Positions 41,441 to 55,115 of a DNA stretch of 64,000 bases are shown one piece after another (within the stretch, counting starts at the first letter, position 1; each line of letters starts with the position of its first letter). The DNA lies in contig NC_068984.1 of the NCBI RefSeq assembly GCF_001194135.2, forward strand, positions 39,727,434 to 39,791,433. Reading direction: 5' to 3'. Source of the DNA: Octopus bimaculoides (taxonomy: Eukaryota). Position numbers and translations under genes: made by a program. The notes under the pieces were generated by a model. That model searched no databases, was not told the DNA's origin, and was given only the letters and a program-made list of their open reading frames with translations.

Positions 41441-41884
41441 TATAAGGCAGCATGCTGGCAGAACTCTTAGCATGCAGGACAAAATGCCAGTAAGCATTTT
41501 GTCCATCTTTACATTCTGAGTTCAAATTCCAGCAAGATCTGTTTTGCCTTTCATCCTTTTGGGGTCAGTGAAATAAGTACCAGTCAAGCACTGGGGTCAA
41601 TGAAATCAACTTACCCCTTCCCCCAAAATTCCAGTCCTTGTGCCTAAAATAGAAAAGATTATCTTATATAAGGCAGCAAGCTGGCAGAACCATTAGCACA
41701 CAGGACAAATTGCCAGTAAGCATTTTGTCCATCTTTACATTCCGAATTCAAATTCCATCAAGGTTTACTTTGCCTTTTGTCCTTTCAGGTTCGATGAAGT
41801 GAGCACCAGTTGAATACTGGAGTCTGTGTAATTGACTTGACCCTGCCCCCAAATCTCAGGCCTTGTGCCTATGGAAGAAAGGAG
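41441..41884 (+). mobile_element. Two head-to-tail tRNA-derived SINE copies (226-bp period); related copies at 46112-46330 (+), 50225-50345 (-) and 52355-52445 (-)
   Basis: Each unit reads ggcagc..gctggcagaa..ttagca..gagttcaaattcc..ttgcctttcatcc..aagtaccag..ggcc ttgtgcct. Confidence 0.85.
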
Positions 41885-42775
41885 TACGAGGTGGTATCAA
41901 ACAGTTTCTGGATTAGTTATGTTTAATAAAAGATAATTTGTTTACCTAAGTTTTAACATCATCTCCTTCGAAAGAGTCACCTTACGCAGCAATACTCCGG
42001 TCCCAGCATTCCTGCCACTTTTGGAATCTAATCTGGAAGTCGTTTTCTTTAAGCAAGTTGAGGACCTTCTGCAATTCGCTTTGGACCTCGACAACAATAT
42101 TAAAATGGCGACCTTTGAGCTGCATTTTTATTTTAGAGAAGAGATGGAAATCTGCAGGTGCTCAATCTGATGAATAGGGCAGATGCAGAAATGATACCAT
42201 GTTTTTGGTGAGAAATGCATGAGTGGGGAGAGCTCAGTGACAGGGTGCATTGTCATCGTGAAGAATCCAATTCTTCGTGTTCCACCAATCTGGTCACTTT
42301 CACCAAATGTCTTCCCTCAAATGCTTCAAAATGTCACAGTAAAACTCTCAATTCATGGTCTGACCCTGGGGGATGAATTCTCGATGCACAATACCACATT
42401 TCTGGTGGTAACATCATCTTCCAAGGATGGTCTTCTGCTTTTGAAGCACCTGTGCCACTTGAAACATTATGTACAACCCATTGCATCATTGTCATAAGCT
42501 TGCTAAAGCATGCTCAATGTCTCTGTAGCTGATTTCTCAAGTTTAACACAAAATTTCATGTTGGCTCTTTGTTCCTGTCCATGAAAAAATCTTAGACTAC
42601 AGCATACACATGATCACAAAAACAAATTTCACAACTTGCAAGTAAACACAGCAATGTCACTCAACACACTGCTTCATGAACACCATTGCTAGCTCTCACT
42701 GCACATGCAACTGTGTGCTGCCATCTGTTGGCATGCTAGAGAACTAGTCTGGGAACTTCTTGATACCACCTCATA
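41885..42775 (-). mobile_element. Internally deleted mariner transposon with transposase relic
   Basis: TA-flanked TIRs (cgaggtggtatcaa...). Minus strand has NMKFCVKLEKSATETLSML, ILHDDNAPCH, LPYSSD..PADFHLF and FQKWQECWD..GDSFEGD; the middle is missing. Confidence 0.9.
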
Positions 42776-42785
42776 TTACTTTTAT

Positions 42786-45700
42786 TTCATCATCATCATC
42801 GTTCAACATCCATTTTCTATGCTGGCATGGGCTGGACGGTTTGACTGGGGACTGGCAAGCCAGGAAGCTGCACCAGGCTCCAATCTGATCTGGCAATGTT
42901 TCTACAGCTGAATGCCTTTCCTAATGCCAACCACTCTGAGAATGTAGTGGGCACTTTTTACGTGCCACCGGCATGGGAGCCAGTCAGGCAGCACTGGCAT
43001 CGGCCACGTTCAGATGGTGCTTTTTACGTGCCAGTGAGGCGGCACTGGCAATGACCCCCGCATGAATGGTGCATATTTCCACAACTACAATTTCCATTTT
43101 TGATTCCGATTTGATTGAGATTCTGATTTNNNNNNNNNNNNNNNNNNNNNNNNNNNNNNNNNNNNNNNNNNNNNNNNNNNNNNNNNNNNNNNNNNNNNNN
43201 NNNNNNNNNNNNNNNNNNNNNNNNNNNNNNNNNNNNNNNNNNNNNNNNNNNNNNNNNNNNNNNNNNNNNNNNNNNNNNNNNNNNNNNNNNNNNNNNNNNN
43301 NNNNNNNNNNNNNNNNNNNNNNNNNNNNNNNNNNNNNNNNNNNNNNNNNNNNNNNNNNNNNNNNNNNNNNNNNNNNNNNNNNNNACCACCTCATCCCATG
43401 TCTTCCTGGATCTACCTCTTCCACAGGTTCCCTCCACTGTTAGGGTATGACACTTCTTCACACAGCTCTCCTCATCCATATGCAGCACATGACCATACCA
43501 GTGCAGTCGTCTCTCTTGCACACCACATCTGATGCTTCTTATGTCCAGCATTTTTCTCAGGGTGCTTACACTCTGTTGTGTGTGCTCACTGACATTACAC
43601 ATCCAGCAGATCATACTAGCTTCATTTCTTTCAAGCCTACGTATGTCCTCAACAGTCATGGCCCATGTTTCACTGCTGTGTAGCATGGCAGTCTGCATAC
43701 ATGCATCATACAGTCTACCTTTCACTCTGAGTGAGAGGCCTTTTGTCACCAGTGGAGGTAGGAACTTTCTGAACTTTGCCCAGGCTATTCTCATTCCAGT
43801 AGCAATGCTCTCCAAGCATCCATCCCCACTGCAGACTTGGTCACCCAGGTAGTGTAAGCTATCAACTACTTCTAGTTTCTCTCCTTGTTTATTGCCCCTG
43901 TCATCTGTTGCACACAAAAGCTATCATTCCAGTTAACCTTCTTTTGATGTTGCTGCACCTCTTATGCATCCATAGCTTATACTGGGTACATCTTATGGAG
44001 TTTCTACAGGTCGAGCAGGGCCATCTACCTGAGGGGGTTTGTGATTTGTTCGCGTTCCTGCTTACTAGGACTTTGGTTTTTGCAACATTGACTCTAAGGC
44101 CTTTCGATTCTAACCCTTGCTTCCACACCTGAAATTTCTTCTCTAGTTCTGGATGTGATTCTGCTATGAGTGCAAGGTCATCAGCTTAGCGGAACTCCCA
44201 GGGACAGCCTGTCTTGAATTCCACTATTATTGCCTGGAGGACTATGATGAATAAGAGGGGGCTGATGGCTGATCCTAGGTGAACCCCTACGTCTACCCAA
44301 AATTCTTCACTATACTCGTTGCCGACCCTTACCTTACTGACAGCATCTCTGTACAGGGCCTGTACAGCTCTTATTAACCACTTATCTATCCCTAGTTTCT
44401 GCATCACCCACCAGATTAGGGATCAGGGGAACCTGTCAAAGGCTTTCTCCAAGTCAACAAAAGCTAAGTATAGAGGTTTATCTTTGGCTAGATATTTCTC
44501 CTGCAGTTGCCTTACCAGGAATATAGCATCAGTGGTGCTTCTACCTGGCACAAAACCAAACTGCATCTCATCTAAGCAGACTCTCTCCCAAATTAGTTGG
44601 GCTATGACCCTCTCCGTGACCTCCATCACCTGATCCAGCAGTTTGATACCCCTCTAGTTATTTCTATCTAAAGCATCACCTTTACCTTTGTAGCAGTTGA
44701 CTATGGTGCTGCTACGCCAGTCATTGGATATGACTCCTTTGTGAACTACCTGGTTTACAATACAGGTGACTAGACTATAACCCACACCACCAGATATTTT
44801 AAGCATTTCAGCAGCGATTCCTGATGGGCTGGGGGCTTTTCCTGTCTTCATATTCTTAATTGATTTATCTGCCAGAGTGCTATCAATTTGGGTAGCTGGT
44901 CCCATGACTGGGTCAACATTTGGCAGGCTCTTCTCCTCCCATTTATTCTCCACATTCAACAACCTTTCATAATGACATCTCCAAGCCTCTTTCTTTGTAG
45001 AATCATTAAAAGCAAGTAGACCATCATCCATGCAGACACATTTCTCTCCTGTAACATCACAATTTTCTCTCACACACTGTCTTGCAAACCGAAACACTTC
45101 AATTCTTTGATCTTCATGTCGCAGAACATTGGCAAACTTCTTTTCTGCTTCTCCCTTGGCTATGTATACCTGTCTCCCAGCCTCCCTAATGGCTATCTGG
45201 TACAGTTCCCTGCTACCCCCACTCTTCAAAGCTTTCCAAGCTTGTTTCTTTGCTCTAATGGCCTTGTCTACGGTATTATTCCACCACCACATTACTCTAG
45301 ATCTAGAAGGGACTTTGCACCAGCTGTATATTTGGTCTGTGGCACTCAGTAAGCTGTCACGTAGAAATTTCCAGTTACCCTCTGTGTCATAAGTCTGTAG
45401 CTCCTTCTCCCTCTCATCAAATTCCTCAATGAGGATGTCCCTAAATCTCTGACCATGTGAAGGGTTCTTTAGCTTTCAAATCCTTCTTTTTTGGATTGGT
45501 CTGCTTCTTGGCATCCTTCTGGCCTCAAGTCTAAAGTTACTAATGACTAGTCTATGCTGGGTGGGGTACATTCTTCACCAGGGACGGTTTTTGTATTTAA
45601 GACCAACCATGCATCCCACTGTCTGGTGAGGATGAAATCAATCTGGCTAGCAGAGTCACCTGATTGATAGGTTATCAGGTGGCTGTCTAGCTTCCTGAAG

Positions 45701-45885
45701 TTGGTGTTGCAGATTAATAGGTTGCTTGCATCACAGAACTCCAGTAGCCTAGTTCCCTCTTTGTTTCGGGAACCAATTCCATAGCCCCCATGAACATCAT
45801 GGAAGATACCAGATTGCCGTCCGACATGCCCATTAAAATCTCCAGCCGCAAAGATGAGGTCATTGCCACTATATTTATTAGAGGA
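42786..45885 (-). mobile_element. ~3.1-kb 5'-truncated RTE LINE (partial AP endonuclease, RT, Cys-rich module, 3' UTR and tail), inactivated; spans an assembly gap
   Basis: AGDFNGHVG, NTNFRK, SQIDFIL, QFGFVPGRSTTDAIFLVRQLQEKY, AFVDLEKAFDR, GVHLGSAISPLLF, GRGRSRKTW; several frameshifts and stops; (cat)n tail at 42788. Confidence 0.95.
43130..43384. other. Assembly gap (N run) inside the RTE LINE
   Basis: Run of n characters. Confidence 1.
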
Positions 45886-48800
45886 TAAAGACCCTATATT
45901 TCATTCAGTTAATCTTGATGATGATGATGAGTACAGTTTGCCATAAGTAATAACTATAAAACTGAATATTTATTACCCATAAGTTTCCCATGGGTACCCC
46001 ACTAATTTACAAATACCATTTCAATGACAAAAGATTGTTATATTGCATCAAGTGATATTTTGTTGAACCATATTTAACACTATCAAATTTATGTCATTAT
46101 TAAGAGTTATTGAAGGTGGTGAGCTGACAGAATCATTAGTATGTCGAACAAAATGCTTAATGGCATTTCTTCCAACTGTACATTCTGAGCTCAAATTCCA
46201 CTGAGATCAACTTTGCCTTTCATCTTTTCAGGATTAATAAAGTAGATACCAGTTGAGTGCTGGGGTTGATGTAATCGACTAGCCCTCTCTTAAAATCTCA
46301 GGCCTTATGCCTACAGTAGAAAGAGTTGTTAGGATTTATCATAGTATCAACCAGACCATCAGAATATGTTATACACCGTTGGTTACAGTGCGCTTCTAAT
46401 TTTGTCTTGATTGTACCATTCTTTTTTATCTTGATCCAAATTGCTTAACTAAATTGTCTTCCCATTGTTATAGAGGCCTTCCAAGTGGCCTTTTATGATC
46501 TCTTGGATACCAGTCATCAACTGCATAGGTCCACCTGTTGTCTATTTACTTTGTGACATGTCCATCCCAGCAGAACTTGTGCTTTTGGTACTCTATGATC
46601 ACATCATTCACTCTGCTCCATATTAAGATTTATATATATATATATATTCAAAACATAATTTAAATTTAAAGAAAAAAGCAGATAAATATATTTTTTTAGA
46701 AATTGTTGCTTTATTTACCTCATTTCTTTCCTGAATAATAAAAATCAGTGCCCCTCCACGTTCAGTTTTGTTTAGGAATTTTCAAAATTGCATATAACAG
46801 TTTGGAGATAAACTCTAAAATTTCTTTGCTGAAGGTCGTGCTTATGACAATGATCCAAAGGTTTTAGGATCATTGTTTTCAGGTTTTGGTCATTTAGTTT
46901 TCATTTCAGATGTTAAATGATAATTTAAGCATCTGAAATTTTTAATGTCTAATGTTGCAGAAAGAATAGATATGTGAGTTAGATGGATTCTTGATATCAT
47001 CTATTTCATTTCTTTTATTTTTTTCACATCCTGTTTTGATTGAATTAGCTTGTGTTTCTTTTGAAAACTCATTATTCAAATATATCTATAATTTAGTGCC
47101 TTCACTATAAAAAAGAATTTATTATTGAGGTTGAGCTAATTGATTATTCCTTCTCAAAAAATGTTTGGCTTTTGTGTCATTTTATTATCTTTATTATTAA
47201 AACCAGTGTTTCATATCCTATCAACATATAGCTCAAGTCCTATTGCAAAAAGACTGTCTTTGTTCATTTTGCCATAAACTGATACCATTTTAGGTACAGC
47301 TAACCACTAATTACTGCAGAAACACTGTATAATGTCTTGTTATCTTTCTTTACCAAGTTCAAGTTTTATATGTCTGATACCAACCTTTATACAGATGTTT
47401 GACCTCTTAAATTTTCCCCCAAATTATGCCTATTGTCAAAAATATGAAGTACACTTGACAATGTAGTCCCTGATATACAAAGATGGGATAGTCATGATAG
47501 AAATGCTCACTCAGGCTGACTTGAGGTTAAACAACAATCCTATGCCTAGGACATAACAATCTTTCACATTGCAGCTCAACTTCAATCAATGTTATTATCC
47601 CTACACTATTGAGGACTCAATATAGATATGTTATGAACTATCTGCTTATTATATCTCAGTTTTAAGTATTTCAAGTTCAACAGTTAGAATATTAAATATT
47701 ATTTATATATCTTCAGTTTTACTTCTGAATTTATTTTTTTTAAATTTTATTTTTTACAAGTTATATTGTTTCTTGTTAAAATGCAACCAAATATTTATTA
47801 TTTCTTACTGTCAAAGTGATTACTATTTGGTTCTATATACTATCACTGCCATTTTTTCCTGTGGATTAATTTGGCATATTTTAACAGTCTGTTTTTAATT
47901 AATACCTAATTATGTATGGCTCCAGTCATTATTTTACCACTGAAAGACTAAAACACTTGATGGCACAATATTAAAAGCAAGTATCTTAATGCCAATCAGA
48001 ACTGTATTTAATTTTCTTATAAACTTCAGTTCCACATGAACATTCTCTGTGATATGTTCAGCTAGACACATTTATTTGGCAACCAAAATTTCTTTTATGG
48101 ATTTTCATTTCATCAAATATATACGTGTGTGTGTGTGTGCAAGTGTGTGTGTATATGCATATGCGTGGGTGAAATTTAATTTATGTTTTAAAATTAATAG
48201 GGTTTACAAATCAAAGAGGCGTTTTCAAAAAATTATGAATTGAACTATTTTCAAATGAAAATATTCAATTCTAATATTTCTCAAATTTTGTTTTTATTCA
48301 TTACTTTTAGTTTTTAAATTAGCTTCTTTTTCTGTTGATTGTTACAAATATTTCATCTATTTCTTTATAACTTTCAATTCAGTTACAATTGAGTAGCCAA
48401 AATGGAGAAGTTTTTAGTTAAATACTTTTTTGTTCTGGGTTCAAATCCCTCTATAGATTCTCTACACTTTGCCTATCATTCCTTTCTTGTCAATAAAATT
48501 AGTAACAGTCAAACAGGAGTTGGTTGAATTGACTATATCCCCCTACAGATTTGTGGCCAAAGTTAGAAATTCTTATTTCACCTCTTGCTCATATTAGATT
48601 ACTCAGATTAAAATCTTTAGCATTTACTTTTTCTCATGGGGAGGCACCTTACATAATAATCATCTTATTGAAAAATGTTATAAAAATTATTTTTATTTAA
48701 AATTTTTTTTGTTTCTATTTTTAATGTATTTTGTAAATAAATTTAAAATATTCCCCTTCTCCACTCTTCCTCTTTTTAATCTCTATAGTTTTTATCCTTT

Positions 48801-48895
48801 CTATTATTATTTTTACTACGTTTCTAACCATGTTACTATTTTTGTTTTAAATAATTTCTCTCTTCATCTCTGTGAATAAATAATGTATTTTTCAG

Positions 48896-48997
48896 ACCCA
48901 CACCATAGAGAAGCCCCACCTGTCCAGATCATCAAGAACCAAATCTTTAGAAGAAAGGCTACAAGAATATAATGAGACACGTGCACGGATATTTAAA
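48896..48997 (+). CDS. R3HDM1/R3HDM2/ARPP21: Coding exon 9, SUZ domain (THTIEKPHLSRSSRTKSLEERLQEYNETRARIFK)
   Basis: Acceptor tttttcag| and donor AAA|gtgaat, phase 0-0; SUZ signature KSLEER..EY...RARIF. Confidence 0.93.
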
Positions 48998-51900
48998 GTG
49001 AATATTGGTTACTTCTCACTTCTTAAATCCATAGCAAGTCAGAATAAACCCCAATTGGTATCCTCTAGCTGTGCACAAATAGATACTTCAATTACATACA
49101 AATTAACATTCTTTATGAGCTTCTTACTAATATAAGCAAACTAAAACCCTTCATTTATTGTGAAAAGCAAGTTATCTCAGTTATAAAAAAAATAGATTTA
49201 GAGATACCTTATTAACATTATTTATAGAGTACTGGTTGAAATTGGTAAAATGTTTATACTTTATTTCAGTTTTTTTTTTTTTTTTTCATTTTTGTTATTT
49301 TAATTTTTGTTTTACAGTTCTTTTGCTTAAACATTTTTCATATTCATTTTAAATACAAGCATTTTTTTTTTTTTGTCATAAGAAATAATAGCTGTTCCAA
49401 GAATTATTTGAGATAACAGCTACATCCTGTCCTAAATAACAATAATCTCTTATGATAAATAATTTGTAAGAGTGGTTCAAGCTGTGGAGGATATTGCTAA
49501 AAGAGTTTACATAAAACATCACATTAAATATAAGTTTTAGAGATCATTTAGATTGTTCTTAAGCCACTTTTTTTACCCCACACCCTAATACTTAAAAATC
49601 AATTAGAAGAGGCACTTGTAAATGCATAAACTGAAAGATTATGAACTGTTGCGATATTTCACATAAAGTAAAAAATTAAGTTCCTTTGTTTGAATGAGCT
49701 TAAGCAATATGGAAAGTAAAACCTGCAAATGATCAAATGGAAATGCATAGATCCATAAACCTTATTAAGAACACTGAAATTTCTACCTCTATACAAAAAA
49801 AAAAAAAAAAATTCTTATTTATGCTTGTATCATAAAATATTTCATGAAAGGTAATTAGTAAATAAACACATTGAATAAGGTTAGGGTTGCAGAGTTTGGT
49901 CTGTCTGATATAATGCATTTAAATAAACTACAAGTGATATCAGTGTAAAAAAAAAACAGATAGGAAAATGAAGAGATAAAATTGTGTTTACTGAATATAA
50001 GATTAGATCGACCAAGCTAGGTAAAAGTAAAGTGTTATGAAGTAGTCAGTGTTGATAACTGGGCTTAAGACAGAGAAAGGAAGATTTAGGTACATGGGAT
50101 TTGAGTTAGTACTTAATACTTATAACTAAAACTGCCAAAGATGAAAAAGCAATTAACAAGAAATGGTCCTTCTACTCTTTATAAAATCATTCTCACAAGG
50201 AAATAATTATTGTAATGAACTAGAAATTTTCAGGGTGGGTGTACAGTCAATCAAGTCAACCATTACCTGACTGGTGCTTATTTTATTGATTCTCAGAAGT
50301 GTATGTCAACCTTGATAGGATTTGAACTCAGAACATGTGGGGTTAGAACTAAATATTACTAGGTATTTAAGTCTAGCATATTTTTGTCTCTACTACTCTA
50401 CTATTTTACCCTTACCAGAAAATAAATATTCTTGTGCAAATTATATATTTAATATATGATTACTAGATCCTAACTATTTTCTCTAAATATACCAATCTGA
50501 GAAGAGCGAGAGAGAGAGTCTATATCTCGATTGTATGGGATCAGTTTAGTTAACACTTATTTTTAATTGTTACAGGTTTGTTGATGAAGGGAAGATATGT
50601 GAAGTGGGGAAAATGCAACTGAAATTAAGTTCTAATTGAAGAAGGATATAGAAAAATATATTTTAGTATGCAGTCTGTAAAGGTGGCACACTGAAGGTGA
50701 TGAGAAGAGAACATATGTATCAGTTAGTTTTAAGAGGAACAGTCTCTACTTAACTATTTCAAAGATACATAGCCCCATTGTATTTGTGTTTCAAAGGTCA
50801 GTGAAAGAACAGTGGCTGGAAAACATTGATGAGTGTAAGCTTATTCAGAAATTAGAGCCTATTTCTTGTAGAGTATGTGTTTTGATGTATATATGTTTGT
50901 AGTGTATTGATGCTTTATAAAAGATTAGTTGCTGTAGAAGACGCTACGAAACAATTTAGGCTTCCAAATATTGTTAGATATGTTCTGTTGGAAACAGGTT
51001 CTAGATTTTCTGATGGAAAAGTTGATAGAATTCATTATATTCATAACACTTATGTGTAGAACAACTAAAACACTTTTTATCCAAATTTTTAAAATGTTTT
51101 TATTTTAAAATATTCTCTGTTTCATGTAGATAATAATTAACAAATAAACAGTCCCGGCTTAGAGTGACTTTAATGTTATATATTTGTCTAAGATCATTAG
51201 CATACTTACTACTATTTTCAAAATTGTTTACAAAGTTGACATAAATGACCTGCTTTGATTAACAGATTATTCAACTTGTGGACCATTCTATATCAAATAG
51301 TTTTGCTATTATTCAGAATTAATAATGATTGTCTTTTTTGTTCCCCTTTTCTGTAGCACCCTTGAATTTCTTTTTTGTTTTTTTTCTTTTACTTTTGTTC
51401 CTTTTTTGTTTTGGTTTACAAAAGATACTTGATTATAAAGCAGTTTTTTATTAGACAAACTAATACATACAGTTGATGCAGCAAGATTTAAATGCATGAT
51501 CTTATCCTTCATACTGCATCATAACTTGACTGTATCATTAAAGAAAAGCTACTGATTGATTACTCATGGTGATTTTTTACATCAGTAAAATAGATGGGGG
51601 TACAATGTCATAATATTCTTGCTTTTTCCAAGAAACATAATTGTAACTAACAGTCAAGAATAAAATGATTTTTAATTAATCATGAAACATATAGTGTTTC
51701 TTAACAATGCAATTTGATACAAACTTATAAGAAAACTCTTCTGCATAAATCATTTTGTATCTGATAGTATGTCAAGGACAGGCATTATTTCTATTTTATA
51801 GTACTAAATTTACTGCCTGCTATTTTGAATTAAAATAGGTGATGGTTTGTCATTCTGATCATAACAAAATAGTCAATAACAGTACACTGGAGAAGATAAA

Positions 51901-53903
51901 ATTTTTCATCTGTTCTATGATAATATTGATAAAAGGTGGGGCCTAAAAAGATGCCCAATAAATGACCAAATGTAGAGAATATGAAAAATGAAGGATTACA
52001 AATTACAAACTGTAAAAATGACAACAATGTAACAAAGCTAGATTTGTGGGTCATAAGCAATTGTTTACTATTTCCTTTTTGCCATAGTGTCTGCTTTATT
52101 AAGAATGACCAACAATAATGAGTTCTCATACAGGAAAGAAATAAAATTTAGCTTATATATCATTAAGTATAGAGAGAAATTTATGTGGCTATATGCTGAT
52201 ACTTGTTCATACACACAGATATACATGCAAAAATATCAAAAGCATATGTAAAGTAGTTGACATTAAAAATAGCAATAATAATGATTTCTTTGAAATAGGT
52301 ACGATGCCTTTTTTATTTTTTTTAGTTTTATAGTGAATCAGTTAAATCACCTTCGGTTGTATTACTGTTACTTCATTTGTTGAAACCAGAGGATGAAAGG
52401 TCAAGTTGAATGGAATAGGACTTGAGTTCAGATTCAAAATGAACAACTCTGTGGCATTTTCATCACCTCCTCAACTCAAATATTAATACTAATGATAATT
52501 ATGAACACGTTTACAATAACAACTGAATGTTCTATGTTGGTAGTCATTTAAATCCCTGTTGTTGATAAATTGAAGAAGTATGTAAAAAAATGTATCCCTT
52601 TTGAAGATTCAGTAACTTGTAAGGTTTCATAGTGAATATGTTAAGAGTAAAGAAGTTTTTGTGAATTATTTCTAATTTCTGTTCATTTTATTTAAAGGTC
52701 TTAATAATGCTACATGTAGATGTGACTGGTCATTGATTCAGAGAAAGTAAATGGGGTTGGAGTAGGAGTCATAAAATAAAACAATCAGTTTTAGCTTGTT
52801 CTTCTCATGCAAAAACTTTAAAAGTATAGAAAAACAAGAAGTACGACATATGTTATAGAATTGTGGAGGAATTATTTTGTTAATATGTATCTTGACTGTA
52901 TGTAAAAGACATACCATTGACTCTCTCTGTCTCACACACACATACACAGAGAAATGTAATAAGTTTGCAAAATCAAATAATTTATGATTTTAATATCAGT
53001 TTACAAGAACAAAACATTCAATTCCCATTAAAAATATATTTTAGTGTAGATAAATAACATTTTCACTTTTTTTTTTTTACAAACTTTTGCTTTTGGTTGT
53101 TTTCTATTGTTTTGTGAAACTTTCGCATGAATTGCTGGTAAAACGCTTGCATGTATTTACTGCTTAAATAATCTTAATCATTCATCCATGAAATAGTGTA
53201 GCAACCCTACAGTAAGTCTTATCAAGTAAAGTTCTGAACCTTGATGTCCCATGTTTGTGGCACACTTTGAAACACTTGCTATTGTCTTCTGAATTTATGA
53301 ACAAGTCATATAAAATCTCTGTACAAGTCATTGAGGACAATTATCCATCAACCAGACATCACGCTCCACCAAAGAACTATAGAGATATGTTGAGGGCATT
53401 TTAGGTATTAAATTTGGAAAAATAAATTATGTTCTGAAATAGATTAAATGGAATCTGCTATCCTTATTTACTGCTTGTGTGAAGGAGAAAGAGAAAGAGA
53501 ATTAACAGATTATCAGTATATTACTTAAGATAGATTTGTCTTTATATGCTAAAAGTTTTCATGATTTGCATAATTAAATGACAGGTACTTTTACAATGTC
53601 ATATGAAATACTGACTTCGAGCAACTGAATCTTATCTGCATCATATGATAAGTTTTAACAAATTATTTTTATTATTTCAATTCTTATGTTTTAAGACAAT
53701 ATCTATGCATATCTGCTGTTGCATAATAATTCACAGTGAACTTATGTTTGCATTAGTGAGTATACACAAATACAAATATATACATTCCCTCCATCATTGG
53801 AAAATGAATGTAAAGTAATATCTAGATTACTCGATACATTAGGACAGGTAGAGTCTATTATTTTATATTATCATTATTTCAACATGCAAGATATATGTAT
53901 ATA

Positions 53904-55115
53904 TACAAGGATTGTCCTGAAACTAATGCAAAAGTAGGCATACCTTTTTTTATTAACTATCAGAGGTTGTTCAAATTGATCATGTTAGTCGAGTAACTCT
54001 TCTTCCATAAAAAAGTACAACTCAACATAGTCACTGTGTTTGCACCATAATTGAACTCATCTCTTGAATTCTCATTAAAAAAATTTCAGATGTTATACCC
54101 ACTACATCACAGCTAGTTTCACCTCATCTGTGTCATTAAATCATTGTATACCTTCGTTGGACCAAACAGGTGGAAATCAGAAAGCACCAGATCCAGGTTG
54201 TACAGCGGATGAAAGACCACTGACCAGCTCAGTTTGCTGATTGCCTGGTCCATTGCTAAAGATGTGTGTGATTGCACAATGTTATGATGAATATAGATTG
54301 TTTCCAAAATTCTTGTTCAGTCCCTTCTTCCTTATGACTTCTTTAAGCGTTTTCATGGTGTCATTGTACTGCTCACTCTTCATGGTAAAACCTTGTTCCA
54401 GAAGAAGACGCTGTCATTATGACATTCTGTGCTAATCACCTACTCTTGAACCATTTAGGCCTTGGAAAACAGGAATGGAACCATTACATAGACTAAGCTT
54501 TTTCTCCTGGATCATAAAGTTACACCCACATTTCATTCCCACCCACCCATTGGTTAAACAAACATCTTCATTGGCTTCAAATGCTTCCAGCACTGTGCAG
54601 ATTTCTATCCTTCTTTCCTTCAAATTGGGTGTCAGTTGCTGAGGTAGCCACTTTGCACATACTTTCCAATACCCGGTCTTATACCATTTTCTGCAATGCA
54701 TTGTGACCACATCCAGTTGTGCAGCAAGCTCACAGAATGTGACTCGTCTCTCTGCAAATCAATTCCTGTTTTCACTGGTGATTCATGCCAATCGTTGCAG
54801 TTGATAGTCTCCCACTGTGTGGTTTGTCTTCAATACTGCTTTCCTCTCCTTTGCTCTTGGCAGTGGTGTCATCTCTGTAAACAACCTCTGGCCTTCTATG
54901 GATGTGAGACAGCCTGGACTCCTCTTTTGTCAAGAACTCAATGACAGCATGTTGCTTCTGCTTGGAACCCATTATTTACTGCAATGAAGAACAGGAAGAA
55001 AATATGCTATAGAGGAAGATATACTCTACTCACATATGCAATTTGAATAACCTATGTCAATTACTATAAAAGTTATGCCCTCTTTTGCATTACTTTGGGT
55101 AACAATCTTCAAGTA
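53904..55115 (-). mobile_element. Near-full-length (~1.2 kb) decayed mariner transposon
   Basis: TA-flanked TIRs sharing taatgcaaaag..ggcata. Minus strand has QHAVIEFLTKE..IHRR, GYWKVCAKWLPQQLT and HPLYNLDLVLSDFHLFGP (WVPxxL and YSPDLAP-like motifs), with frameshifts. Confidence 0.88.

Noticed and set aside
45895-45908. 14-nt identity (tatatttcattcag) with the flank of the 63.6 kb LINE
   Set aside because: Opposite orientation relative to the elements, and AT-rich 14-mer matches are expected many times in 64 kb.
53281-53410. Candidate downstream exons (also 40620-40760, 55636-55760, 59520-59670)
   Set aside because: No phase-0 acceptor and donor pair with an open frame or family similarity.
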